A stretch of 64,000 nucleotides of DNA from Epiperipatus broadwayi (GCA_028023455.1 JAQFVV010000005.1:12958001-13022000), one strand, 5' to 3'; shown: positions 1 through 13,939, counted from the first letter of the stretch. Notes: generated from the letters alone by a model not told the origin. Numbers and translations are program-made.

Positions 1-718
1 TGTTCAGTATTGAGATAAGAAAATAAAGTTTTTGAAAAAAAAAAGAAGAAGGATTTTTAACTTGTTGATATTATTGTAGAATATATATATTTTAAAAGAA
101 AAAGTGGATCTACATTTTGCTGTGTTATAATATAAGATTTATTTCAAATAAAAAGCTAACTTTCATTTGATTTATATATGTTTTATTTTATTATTGAAAT
201 TAATATCTGTGAATAATAGCATATAAAATCTACAACTTTCCTGGATTATCTATAATGTACCTACCTTAAGAACAATAATTCACTTTATTTTAGACCATCT
301 TTTACAACTTGAATAATTAATGAGCTCTTATAGAAAGTACCATACTAATTTAGTTAGAAACTAGTCTGGAGTTGTGTATATAAAGCTACTACCTAGTGTT
401 TACTTTATTATTTATGCTTAAAATAGATGGCCCTCATATAGAACAATAAAAATAGATTACTGCTTCTAATGCAAATAAAAATTATAACTTCTATATCAAT
501 AACAATTAAATACTACTGCTATAAACCAGTGATCAAAGTATTTCTGAGATCTAAATAACTTTAATTTTATATCGTACTAATAATTATTAAGGGATTTATA
601 ATTATTTTTATCCTTTGTTTATGATAAGTTATAGACAATTCTAATTTTAAATGCCTAGTTAACAATGTTATTAAAAAATTTCTATTAAAAATTTTTTAAT
701 TTAGAAAAAGTGACTTAC

Positions 719-847
719 TTAATTTGCAGCCTTTGTAAGGATCACCAGTAAAGCCTACTCCACATATACACATGTAGCCTCCTTTATTGTCAGGTACACA
801 TTCAGTAAATTCTCCACAACTTTTACAGGGATATAGAGATATAGATG
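719..847 (-). CDS. EGF-domain exon 4 of mucin/EGF-repeat gene
   Basis: 129 nt, ttaattatag|...|gtaagt, phase 1-1, open: (T)SISLYPCKSCGEFTECVPDNKGGYMCICGVGFTGDPYKGCKL; six Cys with CxC and a GFTGDPY motif. Confidence 0.9.
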
Positions 848-1699
848 CTATAATTAAAAATGTTTAAAATATATATTTCATTTGTTTTAATTATATATAT
901 ATATATATATCCTATTGCAAAAATAAAAAGGGAACTAACTGTATATAGTAAACATGAAATTAAAAAGGTTTAAGAATAACATTTACCTGAAAATAACTGT
1001 AAATAACAAATGCAAAGAACTTTAAAAAAAATTAAAACCATGGTATAAGGTATTTTATTTATTTCTTTAATGGGTACATTATATCTAAATTTATAAAATT
1101 TTAAAATTAATTAACAACTGATAATAATTAATAATTTTATTAGTATTTTTTTTTCAATTGAAACTTTTTTTATTGTGATTTTTTCATTTCAAAATTATAG
1201 AAAGTTTTTTAAGCAACTTAATTCATATAAAATTTGAAATATTTTTTCCCTTTGTTTTATATTATTTTCCCTCCAAAATTATACAAATGGTTAAGCTAAT
1301 TTAAAATTCCTTTATCTCTGATGATATTGAAAAGTTGTTTTTCAATTCTTACTTATTGAAAAAGGAGTAATTTAAGGAAAGCAAAAATTAATTAATTTAG
1401 TGAATAAAATTCAGTAGGTGGATTTTTTTAATATGAAACTATACTTTTGATAAGAATGTATAAATTTAAATTTCCATATTATCATGCCACTTTTTTATTT
1501 ATTATTAATTAGTTAGATTAAATAATTGTTTTAAAAATGTTCTAGTGTTAATGTCTTTATTCTTTTAATGATCTGTTCCATAAATTGGCAGTGTATGTGA
1601 CTTGATTTCAATACAGCTTAGAATTTGAGGGATTGTTTTTAAATAATCCCAGTTAAAGTTACTTTAAAATAAATTAGAATAAGTTACATTTATTTAACT

Positions 1700-2600
1700 C
1701 ATGCTCACATTAATAGTTTATAGAGTTCTTGCATTCTAAGTTCAGAGTATAAGTTATTTCTATGGATATAAGGATTATGTTGGGGTTTGGATATCGAGAT
1801 GATAATCTTGGATGGTGCAAAGATATCATCTTCAACATCCATTCATTGCATTTTGTTTTTTTATTAGAAATTAAGTTTATAGTTGGGCAGTATATTAATA
1901 GTACTATTTGGCCAGAACATTGATGATGATCAGCATGTTTCTGTATCCCAGCATAATTTTTTTATTACTATGAGTGGGCAATTAGTACTTAAGTATGTGC
2001 ATCCAAATAATTATGTTATATTCTACTCTGAATTTGGCAGTGGTTAGATAAATAGCCTGTCTATAGTGGACTTCTTTCAAATCTAGTGAATGTTGATTTT
2101 ATAACTTTTGACTGTTCTTTGTTAATTGCTGATGAGATTTTGATCTAATCATTCTTCTGTAATGCTGATACACCTTATTATTATTCTATGCTGTCTCTCT
2201 GCTCGGATTCATTTTATTTATTGAGTGACTGATATTTTATTTGTGATCAATGGGATGATGATGGTTTCCATCTCACCATGTTTACTCCCTTTACACTCCA
2301 TACATAAGTAAAAAAACTTGAATATATGTAAACTCCAATTATAGTACTTGAAATATTCATAGTTCAATGACTATACCATATACTTAATATATTTCAATTT
2401 GCCTAGAAAGCCATCAATCTTCCACACAATATAATATTTGGTATTTTATATTAATAATATTATAATGGCCAATCTGATATCAAAGCATCAATGATCAATG
2501 TGATATTCTTCTGTAAATTGTTCTACTTCAATATGTGTAAATATTAAACAAGGCAGAACAACATAGACTTATTTTATTAATTAAACTTGAATAATAAATA
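1700..2600 (-). mobile_element. Highly degenerate non-LTR retrotransposon (RTE-like) RT relic
   Basis: Minus-strand fragments SALFNIYT (about 2535-2558) and LLMYGV (about 2295-2312) resemble RT motifs; many stops. Confidence 0.4.
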
Positions 2601-4001
2601 AAGCATCTAAATATGTAATTTAATACACTTATAAATATCTATACACAAATTTGGAAAGTTGTAAGCTTTAATCACAATGTTTGAAGCATTTGTCATTCAG
2701 TCACTTTACTATGTAATAAACTAATATCAAATTGGTCATTCTAACACTATTAATATAAGATCATTTACTATATTGTGTGAAAGATTGTTAATTTTCTAGA
2801 AAGCTTATAAGAGAAGATCCTTAAATATATAGCATACTACAGAACAAATGTTCAGTTTTTACATGGTCTGGTAATCAAACAATAATTGTCTCAAGCAATG
2901 TGATTGGAATTCACATATATCCAAGTTTGTTTACATACATTTCTAGATGTATTAATTTACTTAATTATAAATAAAATATCCTCATATAACACTCATTGAA
3001 AAAATATTCAAATATTAAATCCACCTATATCTGATAATTCAGTTCCACTTCAAACTATTTGTTTTTAATTATTTGACAATGATTACAAAAAGCAGGTTTC
3101 ATCAGCCTCTATTTAAATTTGGACCATTTTAATTTGGAATTGTAATATCTCAATTAATCTAAAGTTCACAATTGTTTGTGGTTGCTTAAATATATGTTAA
3201 CTTCACATATCTATGTCAAAATAGTGAGAAATGAAACCAAGTTTTTCTTGTTATTGCTAAGTAAATGGTTTGAAGTTAAACTGTTCAGTGTAATGAATAA
3301 TAAAAGTCATATTAAGTTGAACTTTTATGTTGCTACATTTATAAGTAAATTAATATATAATACAATATCAACTCATCTATGCACTTTACTATTGTTTCAC
3401 AATGCTTTAATTGCCACTCTCTTCGACAGTTTTGATTGCCCCAGCAACCATTGTGAAACAGTAGTAAAGTACATAGATGAGTTAATATTATATTATATAC
3501 ATTTGGCAAAGCAATAAGAAAGATTGTTTAAATTAATATGTAAAAAGAAATGAGAATTTTTCTGAATTCCTATTTCCAATAAATGAACCCAGATATATAT
3601 ATTTATTACTATTAATTCAATAAATTTAATAATAATTGCTACTAATTTTTATAACTATAGTTAGATTAATACAGAACTCAATTATTATGAATTTTACATG
3701 CCAGTAATCATTTCTGCCTGATAACTGTAATGACAGATTGTGTGTTTGAGACGCTTTATCACTAGTTTTTAAATATATAAAGATTCAATTATGATTCCAA
3801 TATTTTTCTTCATTGTTTATAACTTTTTATTTTTATTTCTGTTCTAAAGTTAGAATGGGCATATTCATTTATCAATAAATGCTAGTGAAAGAAAGAGATT
3901 CTTTATATTATAAATCTTTATGAAGATTTTGTAACTGATAAATAAAATATTTTTTTAAAAAATTAAAAATTATAAATTCATTTGAAAAAAAAAAAACTTA
4001 C

Positions 4002-4124
4002 TACATCCATTATGAGTTGGCACCATAGTATAGGGACAAACACAGGCAATGTGCCCACTGGGAACATGAGTCTTACATTTAGATGGAGAGACACATGGAT
4101 TATCTGATAAGCAGGGAGTTGGTA
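4002..4124 (-). CDS. EGF-domain exon 3 of mucin/EGF-repeat gene
   Basis: 123 nt, tttttactag|...|gtaagt, phase 1-1: (L)PTPCLSDNPCVSPSKCKTHVPSGHIACVCPYTMVPTHNGC; six Cys. Confidence 0.85.
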
Positions 4125-4277
4125 CTAGTAAAAATAAAAATAATGCCAGTTCATTTAATTATCCATTTTTCTATGTATAGGTCTATCATCACTCTCTCTC
4201 TATATATATATATATATATAACTTTATATTCAAATAAAAAACAAATACAGCAATATAAATTCAAACTTTCCAAGAGA

Positions 4278-4440
4278 TTGTAAAAGAGCCAGAAAGAGAC
4301 CACGTGTGAGATGGATGGATGAAATAAGAAGTGTGCAGGGGTAATGTGGAAAAGAGAAGCTAAAGATCAAAGAAGATGGATTGAACTTGGAGAGACTTTC
4401 ATCCTGAAGTGGATTGATAATGGTTGAGGATGATGATGAA
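4278..4440 (+). mobile_element. 3' end of RTE-clade LINE
   Basis: Encodes a KRARKRPRVRWMDEIR-like RTE C-terminus and ends in a (gat)n tail; related fragments at about 6300-6430(+), 6455-6640(-) and 51520-51670(+). Confidence 0.65.
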
Positions 4441-4444
4441 ATTC

Positions 4445-5330
4445 AAACTTTTAATCCATGTAGGAGTACTTTCAACTATCTATGTAGATACATAGATAAT
4501 TATTTTTATATGTGGTAAAAAAGATGCCATTAATAATTTATTTAACAAACTAAATAATATATAAGGTTTATGATGGATTAAAACAGATGAAGAATTAATG
4601 TCAGTAAAAATTTTTGATCTTAAAATAACTCAAAATATAAATATTCTGGATTATTATATGTTAATCAAATCTATTGAAAAGAGAGAATATATTCAATATA
4701 ATTCAATGATGCAATTGTCACATAAGTTATCAGGTTTAAAATTCTTTGTTTCAAAATAATAAACTTTGCAAATATAAACCAGATAATACAAAAAATACAA
4801 ATATATTTACTAATGAATTATTAGACATTGGTTATAATTATAATATTATTTATAATACAATTAAAAATTATAATAAAAAATTGAATAATATGAAAATTGA
4901 ATAAATGAATAATAAGAAAGTATGGACATCAATACTTTTGTTTCAAATCAATAAGTAAAATTTATAAAGAAAATATATAAAAACATATGTGAAATTGCAT
5001 TTTATGCACATTCTAATTTAATAAATAATTCTAAAAATAAAAACCCATTTATAAACCAAAGTTTTATAGTATGTAAATGGATATGTGAATATGGAAGTGC
5101 TTACATTGGTGAATCACATTATACTTTAGAGAAAAGAACTAGAAAACATGTTCTGTTACTAAAAAGAGTTGAAAAATCTACACAAAATAATACTGAAAAT
5201 AATGATATATCAGCATTAGTAATTTATGACCATATTAAAAAATATAATTTTGGATTTGAGTTTAGTTATAAAAATGTAAAGATATGTATTAAAAGAACAA
5301 AAAATAAAGGAAGCAATATTAATATACAAA
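4445..5330 (+). mobile_element. Penelope-like element relic (RT C-terminus plus GIY-YIG endonuclease)
   Basis: CRYIDNYFYMW (about 4484-4516) resembles the RYVDDIFxIW RT motif; ICEYGSAYIGESHYTLEKRTRKH...SALVIYDH (about 5081-5235) matches GIY-YIG; stops present. Confidence 0.75.
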
Positions 5331-5673
5331 TATAAAAAATGCTTAATAAATTGACAGGCAGCAAATGTAAGAATTAGTGAATTATTAGAAAGTTAAAAAT
5401 AGAAAATGATTATCTTTGAACATACTTTATTCAGTTTGACTTTAAAAGTTTTAACCTTATTTGACAAAGACTAAAGCACTCCTATATAGATTAAAAGTTT
5501 GAATTTATATTACTATATTTGTTTTATTATTTGAATATAAAATTATATATAAGTTAAAAGAATACAGATATTGATTAATATTATATATATATATATTAAA
5601 CAATTCAAAACAAAACAACACTCTCCATATAGATAGTGATCATGTGATGTTGAGTGGTTTAATATATATATAT

Positions 5674-5890
5674 ATTGTAATTATAATTGAAATAATAAAT
5701 TTAATGGTTTTCAAACTATTAGAAACAATCCTTAAATCCGCAGAAGTACTTTCGGTTAATTTTTTTTTTTTTAATTTAATGGTAGTTGAGACAGGTTTAA
5801 GAAATTAACCGAAAGTACTTCTGCAAATTTAAGGATTGTTTGCAATAGTTTGTAAACCGTTAAATTTATTATTTCAATTATAATTACAAT
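5674..5890. repeat. Fold-back inverted repeat containing a degenerate HHR (family B)
   Basis: Arms of about 85 bp; contains gtag-ttgagaca-ggtt..aacc-gaaa-gtactt-ctgc; a related degenerate copy lies at about 7217-7260. Confidence 0.6.
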
Positions 5891-6784
5891 TTTGTCTTTA
5901 ATTAATGGACATTTTATTTATTTTACATATATATATATATATATGATTGCTTAAGGATTGATTGTTATCATCTATATTTATAAACCTATCAAAACCTTGA
6001 GTAATTAATTGGCTTTATTGTCTTAGTAAATATATATATATAGAGAGAGAGAGAAAGAGAGATAGAGAGAGAAAAGAAAGACTTCAGATTTGCAAAAAAG
6101 TATAGAGACATATGTATTAGATATAACAAGAAGAGATCAAAGATAAAATACATAGAGAAGAGAACAAGCAGGTATTACTAATATTGAAAAAATTAAGAAG
6201 TGACATGAGCGGGATTGAACATTTTGCTAAAAAAATGATAATAGATGGATTATTGAAGTTTTAAATTGGATTCAAAGATATTGTAAATGACCTTTAAAAA
6301 ATGGCATGGAGATGGATGAATGAAGGTTAACTGGTGCATTGTGAAGAAAAGAGGCTAAGGACTGAAGAAAGTAGATTAAACTTAGATATTCATCATGTAG
6401 TAAATTGATAGGGGTTGGAAATGATAAGTGATATATATACACACACATATATATATAATCATTTTTAATCATTATCAATCCACTGCATGACAAAGGTATT
6501 TTCAAGTTCAATCTATCTTCTCTGATTCCTAATCTTTCTTCATCCATTATCCAAAATACTTTCCTATTTTATCCATCCATCTCACATGTGGTTTCTTTCT
6601 AGGTCTTTTACAATCTTTTGGAATTCCATTTAAGATAATGGATTAAGCTAAATAAAAATGATAGTAGACTTTTTAAAATTTTATACACTGCATATCTAAA
6701 TATATATATTTGAATTTTGTTACCTTTATTATTAATGATTCATACTTATTATATATATATATGTTGATACGAAGATGATATATA

Positions 6785-7150
6785 TAAAATAGAATTTCAT
6801 ATAGCATTAGAATACTAGCCAAAATAACAAAATTTTATTAAAATTCTTCCACACCCATAGTTTAATCTATTAACAAATAGACCTCTTCAAGCGAAATTAA
6901 ACTAAATAGACAAAATATATATACAAAACAAAACAACACTCTCATCATTCCCATCATGTTAGAGGGAGTAGGTTTTTGCAGTAACTGATGGAAAGGTTAT
7001 TTTGTTTTGTATGTATAAATGTTGTATGTTTAGTTGAATTTCAATTGAGAAGGTCTATTTGCTAATAGATGAAACCATGGTTGTGGAAGAATTTTAGTAA
7101 AATTTTGTTGATTTGGCTAGTATTGTAATGTTATATAAATTTCTCTTTTA
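6785..7150. repeat. Old inverted repeat (arms about 150 bp)
   Basis: tactagccaaaataacaaaattttattaaaattcttccac versus its reverse complement near 7083-7125; shares the caaaacaaaacaacactctc end with family A elements. Confidence 0.6.
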
Positions 7151-7635
7151 TTTATAATTGCTAGTATAAAGTTAGACAGTATTTAAGATATATACATATG
7201 TTTTTTGAATTTAACAGCAGTTGAGAAGAGTTAAGAAATTAACCAAAAGTACTTCTGTGGATTAAAAGACTGTATATAATAGTTAATTATTGTTATATTT
7301 ATTATTTTTATTGTTATACATATATATAGTATTAATACATTTCTCTACTTTAAAAGACAACACATAAACAATGAGTAAAATTAATGGACACTAAATGGTA
7401 ATATCACTAGATTTCTATGACTGGTTTTTAATTAAATAGTTCTCTCTGTAAAAAAGGACATTGATTTTTACCATATTTAAACAATGGCTATTTTTTTACA
7501 GATTAATTTTTGCAATTTATATGAATAAGAACTTATTTAATATTTAAATACATGTATATTGTCTATACTAAATTTAATGTAATTATAAAGGACTTGAACT
7601 CAGACTTTTAAACACCCCACAGCTATCCAATCCAT

Positions 7636-8117
7636 AAACAGAGCAAAACTCTCCATACAGTATTGCCACCTGTGCTAAACAGAGTAATCAATGGATGCCA
7701 GAAGGCTTGTGCATAAAATCCCTATCTAATGCCTACTCATCCAATATCCCCAGACTAGTTTCTGGCTTGTGGCCTTCGTCAGTGAGGAGCTTTGGATATG
7801 AGAGCACTGCATCTAGATCTTAGGATCTAATGCAACCCTCTAGCAACCACCTTTTATCTCTACTTAACTACAAAACTATGAGAATGAAATTGAAAACACA
7901 AAAAATATTTTCAATCTAAGCTCAATAGCTTATATAGAAACTAGTCTGGGGATATTGGATGAGTAGGCATTAGATAGGGATTTTATGCACAAGCCTTCTG
8001 GCATCCATTGATTACTCTGTTTAGCACAGGTGGCAATACTGTATAGAGAGTTTTGCTCTGTTTATCAACAATTAATGTGCTAGTATAGGAAATGTGATCA
8101 TGTGATGCTTAATGGTT
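7636..8117. mobile_element. Penelope-type HHR element (family A), fold-back, with 12-bp TSD
   Basis: TSD tatccaatccat at 7624-7635 and 8118-8129; near-perfect inverted arms of about 130 bp; nested inside a family D element. Confidence 0.8.
7748..7787 (-). ncRNA. Minimal type I hammerhead ribozyme (family A)
   Basis: CCUCA-CUGACGA-A-GGC(CACAA)GCC-A-GAAAC-UA-GUC/UGGGG. Confidence 0.8.
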
Positions 8118-8129
8118 TATCCAATCCAT

Positions 8130-8640
8130 CTTACATAACTGATACACATGACCACCTACATGTGAAAAAAAAAGGATCACCAATATAGTATTCAATGCTG
8201 AACCAGCACTCATCAGTTGGCATAGATCAACATATCCCACACATATATGCAATCAGTATTAAATAGTAAATCATCAAATTTTAACGGACAAACTTCAATA
8301 TTTGCCATTCTGCAACTCTTCATCCATCTATATCATTGAAAATTCGACGATAAAATGCTCAAAGCCCTTGTTGATGTCAATATTAATGTCATACCCATGT
8401 TCACCTTAAGTTAATCTGATCCTTCACACATAGGATCTTAATATGTCCAAAAATTATACAGGAGAGATGGGCCAAATACAGGCTATGTAATATTTAAATA
8501 CATGTATATTGTCCATACTAATTGTAATGTTTGATGATTTGCTATCTTAATATAAACTGAACACTGAATATATAGATATGGACCAACTGATGAGTGGTGC
8601 TACAGCACAAAATGGGTATATTGGAAATCATTTATCTTTT
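8130..8640. mobile_element. Family D fold-back element with two decayed HHRs
   Basis: Minus strand about 8180-8222 reads ccaa-ctgatga-gtgctggttcagcat-tgaa...; plus strand about 8583-8625 reads accaa-ctgatga-gtggtgctacagcac-aaaa...tattgg; the GAAA motif is mutated in both. Confidence 0.6.
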
Positions 8641-10010
8641 TCATATGTATTAGTTGTATAAAATGGATTAAATAACTGTAGGGGATTTTGAAACTCTGAG
8701 TTCAAGTCCCTTATAATTAAAAAATTTATTAAATCACCTGGAAGATATTAACTTAAAAAAACAATCTATTTCTAGAACATTATATGATGTTAACAGATCC
8801 AGTATTACAACATTCATAATAAATATAAAAGACTCCATTCAATAATATCTTTTTATTTATCTACACCTAAATATTAAAACAGGCAAAACTCTCCATACAA
8901 TAGTAGAAATGGTGATCATGGGTACATCTAAATATCTTAATAAATAAGGCATTTCTGAATTTTTCATTGAGAGTACTTGAAGATTTTTCTGATATCAATA
9001 ATTCTAATAAAGACAAATAAAAATGAAGAATACAAAAACATTATTGTATTCTAAAATATAGTATTTTATATTTAAAAATTGTTGGAAATAATTGAGTTTC
9101 TGAAAGTAATAATTAAACAGTCACAGATGCTACTGGGCATACTATTTTATATACTATTAGCTATTCATTAAATACATATAGTAAATTCAAAAATAGAATA
9201 AATTCAGTTACATTCCACAGCAAATCCAACAATATGAAAATTGGTCTCCAAAAACATGCTGCTAACCATTTACCTATTCAATCAAACTTTCATTTTCTAG
9301 AAAATAAGTTATACTAAGAGCAGATGTATTAATTTTAGAATCTGACAACTTCTTAACTACTAACGTTTTCCTACATATAGTCTTGAAGCACCCACATTAA
9401 ACAAGCTTTGTATATTATATGCCTTATTATTTATGTTGTGGATTTATCTTAAGCTTACCTTCAATAATAGTTGTCCAACTATAAAGCAGTTCTGATCAGA
9501 TTCAGTATACATTATAGGTGATCAATGAAATACAGTAATTTAAACAAATAATCAATGTCATAAATAGCCCATTCGAATAACTAAAATAGTAAATATGATT
9601 GCTCACAATAAAGGAAAGGAGCTAACTGTAAAGCTGAGGTCTGAGAGAAAGAAATTCAGGAGCGAGTCATATTCAAACAGTAATTACCTGGTCTGGAATT
9701 AATCTGACAGAAACACATTGTCCATTATTTGCAGAAAGTGATCAGGCATGCTTAGATTTGAAGTAGGAAGCTGCTGGTAGCAAAAAGTATTAGACTTTTC
9801 CTGAAACAAGCTAGGATGACTGTAGGTTTTAGGCTTATTAAACAGTCATGACATTACATCAGTCAGATGATTATTACTGAAGACAATTATGCATTTGTAA
9901 GCCAACAATAACAGGCAATAAAAACTCTTATAACTGTTGTAAACATATTATCATTGTAAATAAATGCAATAAATGTTTTGATGCTACTTTAATTGTATCT
10001 TATTTGTTTA

Positions 10011-10324
10011 AACAGGCAAAACTCTTCCATACAGTAGTGCCACCCTGTGCCAACCAGAGTAATCAATGGATGCCAGAAGGCTTGTGCATAAAATCTCCAT
10101 CTAGTACCTACTCATCCAATATCCCCAGACTCCTCACTGATGAAGGCCACAAGCCAGAAACTAGTCTGGGGATATTGGATGAGTAGGTACTAGATGGGGA
10201 TTTTATGTACAAGCCTTCTGGCATCCATTGATTACTCTGGTTGGCACAGTGTGGCACTACTGTATGGAGAGTTTTGCCTGTTTAATAACAGTTATGTGGT
10301 AGCATAAGAGATGGTGATCATGTG
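10011..10324. mobile_element. Family A HHR element, near-perfect hairpin, with 13-14 bp TSD
   Basis: TSD atcttatttgttt at 9997-10009 and 10325-10337; arms of about 120 bp flank the ribozyme. Confidence 0.85.
10132..10171 (+). ncRNA. Minimal type I hammerhead ribozyme (family A)
   Basis: CCUCA-CUGAUGA-AGGCCACAAGCCA-GAAAC-UA-GUC/UGGGG; predicted cleavage after 10166. Confidence 0.85.
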
Positions 10325-11144
10325 ATCTTATTTGTTTATTAGCCAGAGAACATTATTTTTCAGCATATATATAAATTATAACAAAGATTTTCATAGTAAA
10401 AATAAAAACTTTTTTGGATCATATTATGTATTTATTTCTTGTGTAAAAAAATTATTCTGTCCAGCCCACAAAGAATCTTATTTGAAGTTTCTAAAATTTC
10501 CAAAATGATCTTTATCTACCAAAATAGAAATTTCTTTCACTGAATTGGATGGCTAGCCAAAGTTCCAATGAAATTTCATTTATTTTTGATGAGCAGTAAT
10601 GAAAAACTATTGATTCTCAAATAATTAATCCATGTGCAATCACAATCTTATTATAACTTGAGACAAACACTTTTTTATTATATCTTTGCCTTGACTAAAA
10701 TATATTCAATTTCATCCAAACATTCACAATCTAATTCAGCAAAGAAAACTTCTGTTTCAATAGTTGAAGACTTTTTTGAAGATTTTAGAAACTTTAAATT
10801 GGATTTTTTGTACATGGAAATTGACCTTCATGAATTCTTGTGATGTATAAGTTAATATTACAATCTTTACGCTGGAAATATATAAACTAATGTAAAGTTG
10901 TGATTATTTATTAAGCAAATAGGAAGTACATAAATACTTTTAGAGAAAGGCTTTAACCTTTATTACACATGCTTTGAACATTTATGTTGAGGTTTGAGAA
11001 GTCCCTTTTAGTTAAAAAAAGATATCATTTGACTAAAGGTTCAAGGTACATATAGTAAAGGTTATAGCCTTTCTCTAGAACTATTTTTAATGTCTTTGTG
11101 AATGGTGAATGTTAGTTGCAAAACAATGGCTTCATTTTACTTAC

Positions 11145-11270
11145 ACTTAATGCAGCCATAAGAAAATGTAGGATTTCCAGTAAAGCCAGGAAGACAAACA
11201 CATATTATTTTACCATCACTTGGATGGCACACTGCATTTGGTCCACATTGACAAGAAAAATCAGGTGCTT
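11145..11270 (-). CDS. EGF-domain exon 2 of mucin/EGF-repeat gene
   Basis: 126 nt, tttttttatag|...|gtaagt, phase 1-1: (E)APDFSCQCGPNAVCHPSDGKIICVCLPGFTGNPTFSYGCIK. Confidence 0.9.
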
Positions 11271-11418
11271 CTATAAAAAAAAACATATAAAAAGAGACTA
11301 TAAAATTTATTACATACTAAAATGTAAATGAATCATAGAACTTTAAAAAAAGCTGTAATTAAGCTTTTAATTTATATTTTCATCACTCATTTATTAGCAG
11401 ATATTTATTAATAATTAC

Positions 11419-11538
11419 AGTTAGAAAAACAAACATAAATAGAAAAATGTAAAAAATTATATATAAAAAAAATTAAAGTTAGAAAAACAAACATAAATAG
11501 AAAAATGTAAAAAATTATATATAAAAAAAATTAAAGTC
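11419..11538. repeat. 58-bp tandem duplication
   Basis: agttagaaaaacaaacataaatagaaaaatgtaaaaaattatatataaaaaaaattaa present twice. Confidence 0.9.
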
Positions 11539-11766
11539 AGAATTTCTGTGCATGCAATTAAAGAATGGAAATATGATTGCACAAATACATTATCACAGCA
11601 AATGCACAGAATAATTTATAACATGAAAGGCTCATTATGGCTGGCCTCTCATTAATCAGACTGATATGAGACTCATTATATACTAGCTAAGCATTAACCT
11701 GAATGACAACATAAAAGATTCATTATTAATGTTATATATTATAACGATCCAAATGAAAGTGGAGAA

Positions 11767-13890
11767 CAGCAGTCTATGATATCTGCACTACATGGGCACC
11801 ATCTAGGCATTTGAGCCTAGAAAAATTTATAAAGTAGGCAGATACGTGCTGTTAAGATTCCACTTTATTTAAATATTTAGATCGTTAGCCCATTGTCACT
11901 AGCTCAGTGGAGACACAGAGATAACAATCTATAACTTTAATTTATATTTTAAATATAAAAAAATAAAAGCCACTGCCAGTAATTAACACACAAACATTTA
12001 TTTACACACATATAAAATTTGAATCATTTTAAATTTTGAGGAATAACATTATTTTAGATTTTAATATTAACTTTTAATTTTACATTTAAATAGATTGCAA
12101 TGAGTTTAATATTTTATTTAGAGGGTCGAGTAAGAATCGACTACATAGATCTGCATTTGAAAAGAAAATATTCTTTCCCTTATTTAACCTTAGGCCAAAA
12201 ATTCACAGTCAAACCAGCGTCAATCCATTTGATACATTTATGTATTCAATGTAGCATGAAAATACGACAACACAAAATACTATACTGTCAGGAATGTACA
12301 TCTAAACAGTAAGTAGAGTTAGAGAAGACATTGTCTCTCCACCAACAGGAATGCTACATCTGTTGGTGAGTAGAACAATAAACAAAAAACTCCATAGGAA
12401 TGGACTGCGGTCCTTTGCCGACTTACAATCCCATCCATAGGCAAACAGAAGGTGTGTGGCGTATATATGCAATCCTGCCTGTAGTGGATCTCCTGCTACA
12501 TTTACTAATTACATCAATACATCTAATCCATTGACCAAATTTAACTACAAAACAAATAACCTAAGATTACCCTCCCTTAAACTATATATATATAACTTTA
12601 CAAATCTATATAGCCATTCATGCCGATTTAAATTTAACATTTAGATATGTTCACACAGATGAATTTTATACAATTTGTTTTATAATGTTGAGTATAGATC
12701 GGCTGCATAGATTCCACGGTTAAAAACATTCCAAAATAAACATAACCGATCAAAATACAAAGTCATTGATAACATCAACTGCAGAGGGAATACAAGAAAC
12801 CCGATGGTATTCATCATAAGATACCGCATCGACATCGATGACCTATATATTCTAATTGAATATAAAAACCACAACATAATTAACCACTAATGAATCTATG
12901 CAATGTTTAAAATTTCATGCATTTAAATAATTTATACAATAAGAAAAAAAATGGAAATGATGTTTATCAAACGCAAAACATATAAAATTAAACATTATTA
13001 ATTTGATCTAAAAACTTACAAAAGTCAGATAAGAGTCCATTTTAACATTTAAGTTGGCTTGTTTATTAATTTGTCAAACCCGGACAAAAGTTCTTAATTA
13101 TTCTTTTTTTTTTTTATGATTTTAAAAATTGTTTAGTTCATATAACTTACAGTAGAATCCAGGTTCCTGTTGGAAATTCCCACGAAGACTTTCTGCGAAG
13201 ACCGGTCTGCTATTTTGGAGGTAGCATTAGCTGGTTCCATTCTGGTATCACAGTCTTTTCATTTTTAAAATAAGTGAGAGAGAACGACAAGTGTGTCTTA
13301 TCGTTCGTCTCACCAAATCAAGCTCAAAAACTTTCAGGATAATTGTATTTCTCTTTTTATAGTATCCACACAGATTCAACCAACAAAACGTCGCTAATTC
13401 ATCATTTTCATTAGGGTCTGGGCTGAGGCTTGGTGCTTCCATTGGTCAAGCTAATTTCTCTTTATTCTCTTATCTAATTTTCATCTGACTTTTTAATTAC
13501 ACAAGAGCCACAAGGCTATCTTGCTTTTCAATTAATAAACAATCATTTCCATTTGCAGATTACAGGAATTAATTAATACCTGTTTTTATTTTTACTTATT
13601 ACAGAAATTAATTAATACCTGTTTTTATTTTTACTTACGTTATTTCTTTATTAAAATATTTTTATATTTAAATCTTGTATTTTTTTTATCAAAAAAGTAC
13701 GTTCAAATACTTTTTTTATTTATAAAAAAAATATTTTTAAAGTTTTGCATCTGTGTGAATATATATACGTTTAACAAACATTTTAATTTTAGCGTTTAGT
13801 TTTTTTTTAATACATTTATTTTTATTTGGGAAACTTAAAAGTTTTTATTTCAAATTAATGTAACGGCATATTTATATATCATTACAATAT
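11767..13890. mobile_element. Unclassified interspersed element X, copy 1
   Basis: Colinear diverged homology with 21216-23095 (gggcacc..ctagg, ccgacttacaatccc, ggaaatgat, catctgtg.gatatatata, tgtaacggcatatt blocks). Confidence 0.65.
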
Positions 13891-13939
13891 AGAGTACGTA
13901 AAAATACACACTCTTATCAAGCTTTTAAAATACCGTCAA

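Noticed and set aside
3176-3517. 113-aa plus-strand ORF
   Set aside because: AT-rich composition and no recognisable domain; it overlaps a small inverted repeat (about 3383-3469). Likely a chance ORF.
9684-9780. EGF-like CLITFC..NNGQC fragment
   Set aside because: It needs a frameshift, lacks the CxC and last Cys, and is more likely transposase debris.
10004-10186. Recurring short ORFs with MPEGLCIKSPSS.YSSNIPR (also 51260, 56277, 59567, 60023)
   Set aside because: These are translations of the family A repeat on either strand, not a conserved peptide gene.
11875-11945. HDV-like ribozyme or Pol III A-box in element X (gggctaacgatc; tagctcagtgg)
   Set aside because: The spacing is too short for P3/L3/P1, the pairing is not shared by copy 2, and no B-box is present.
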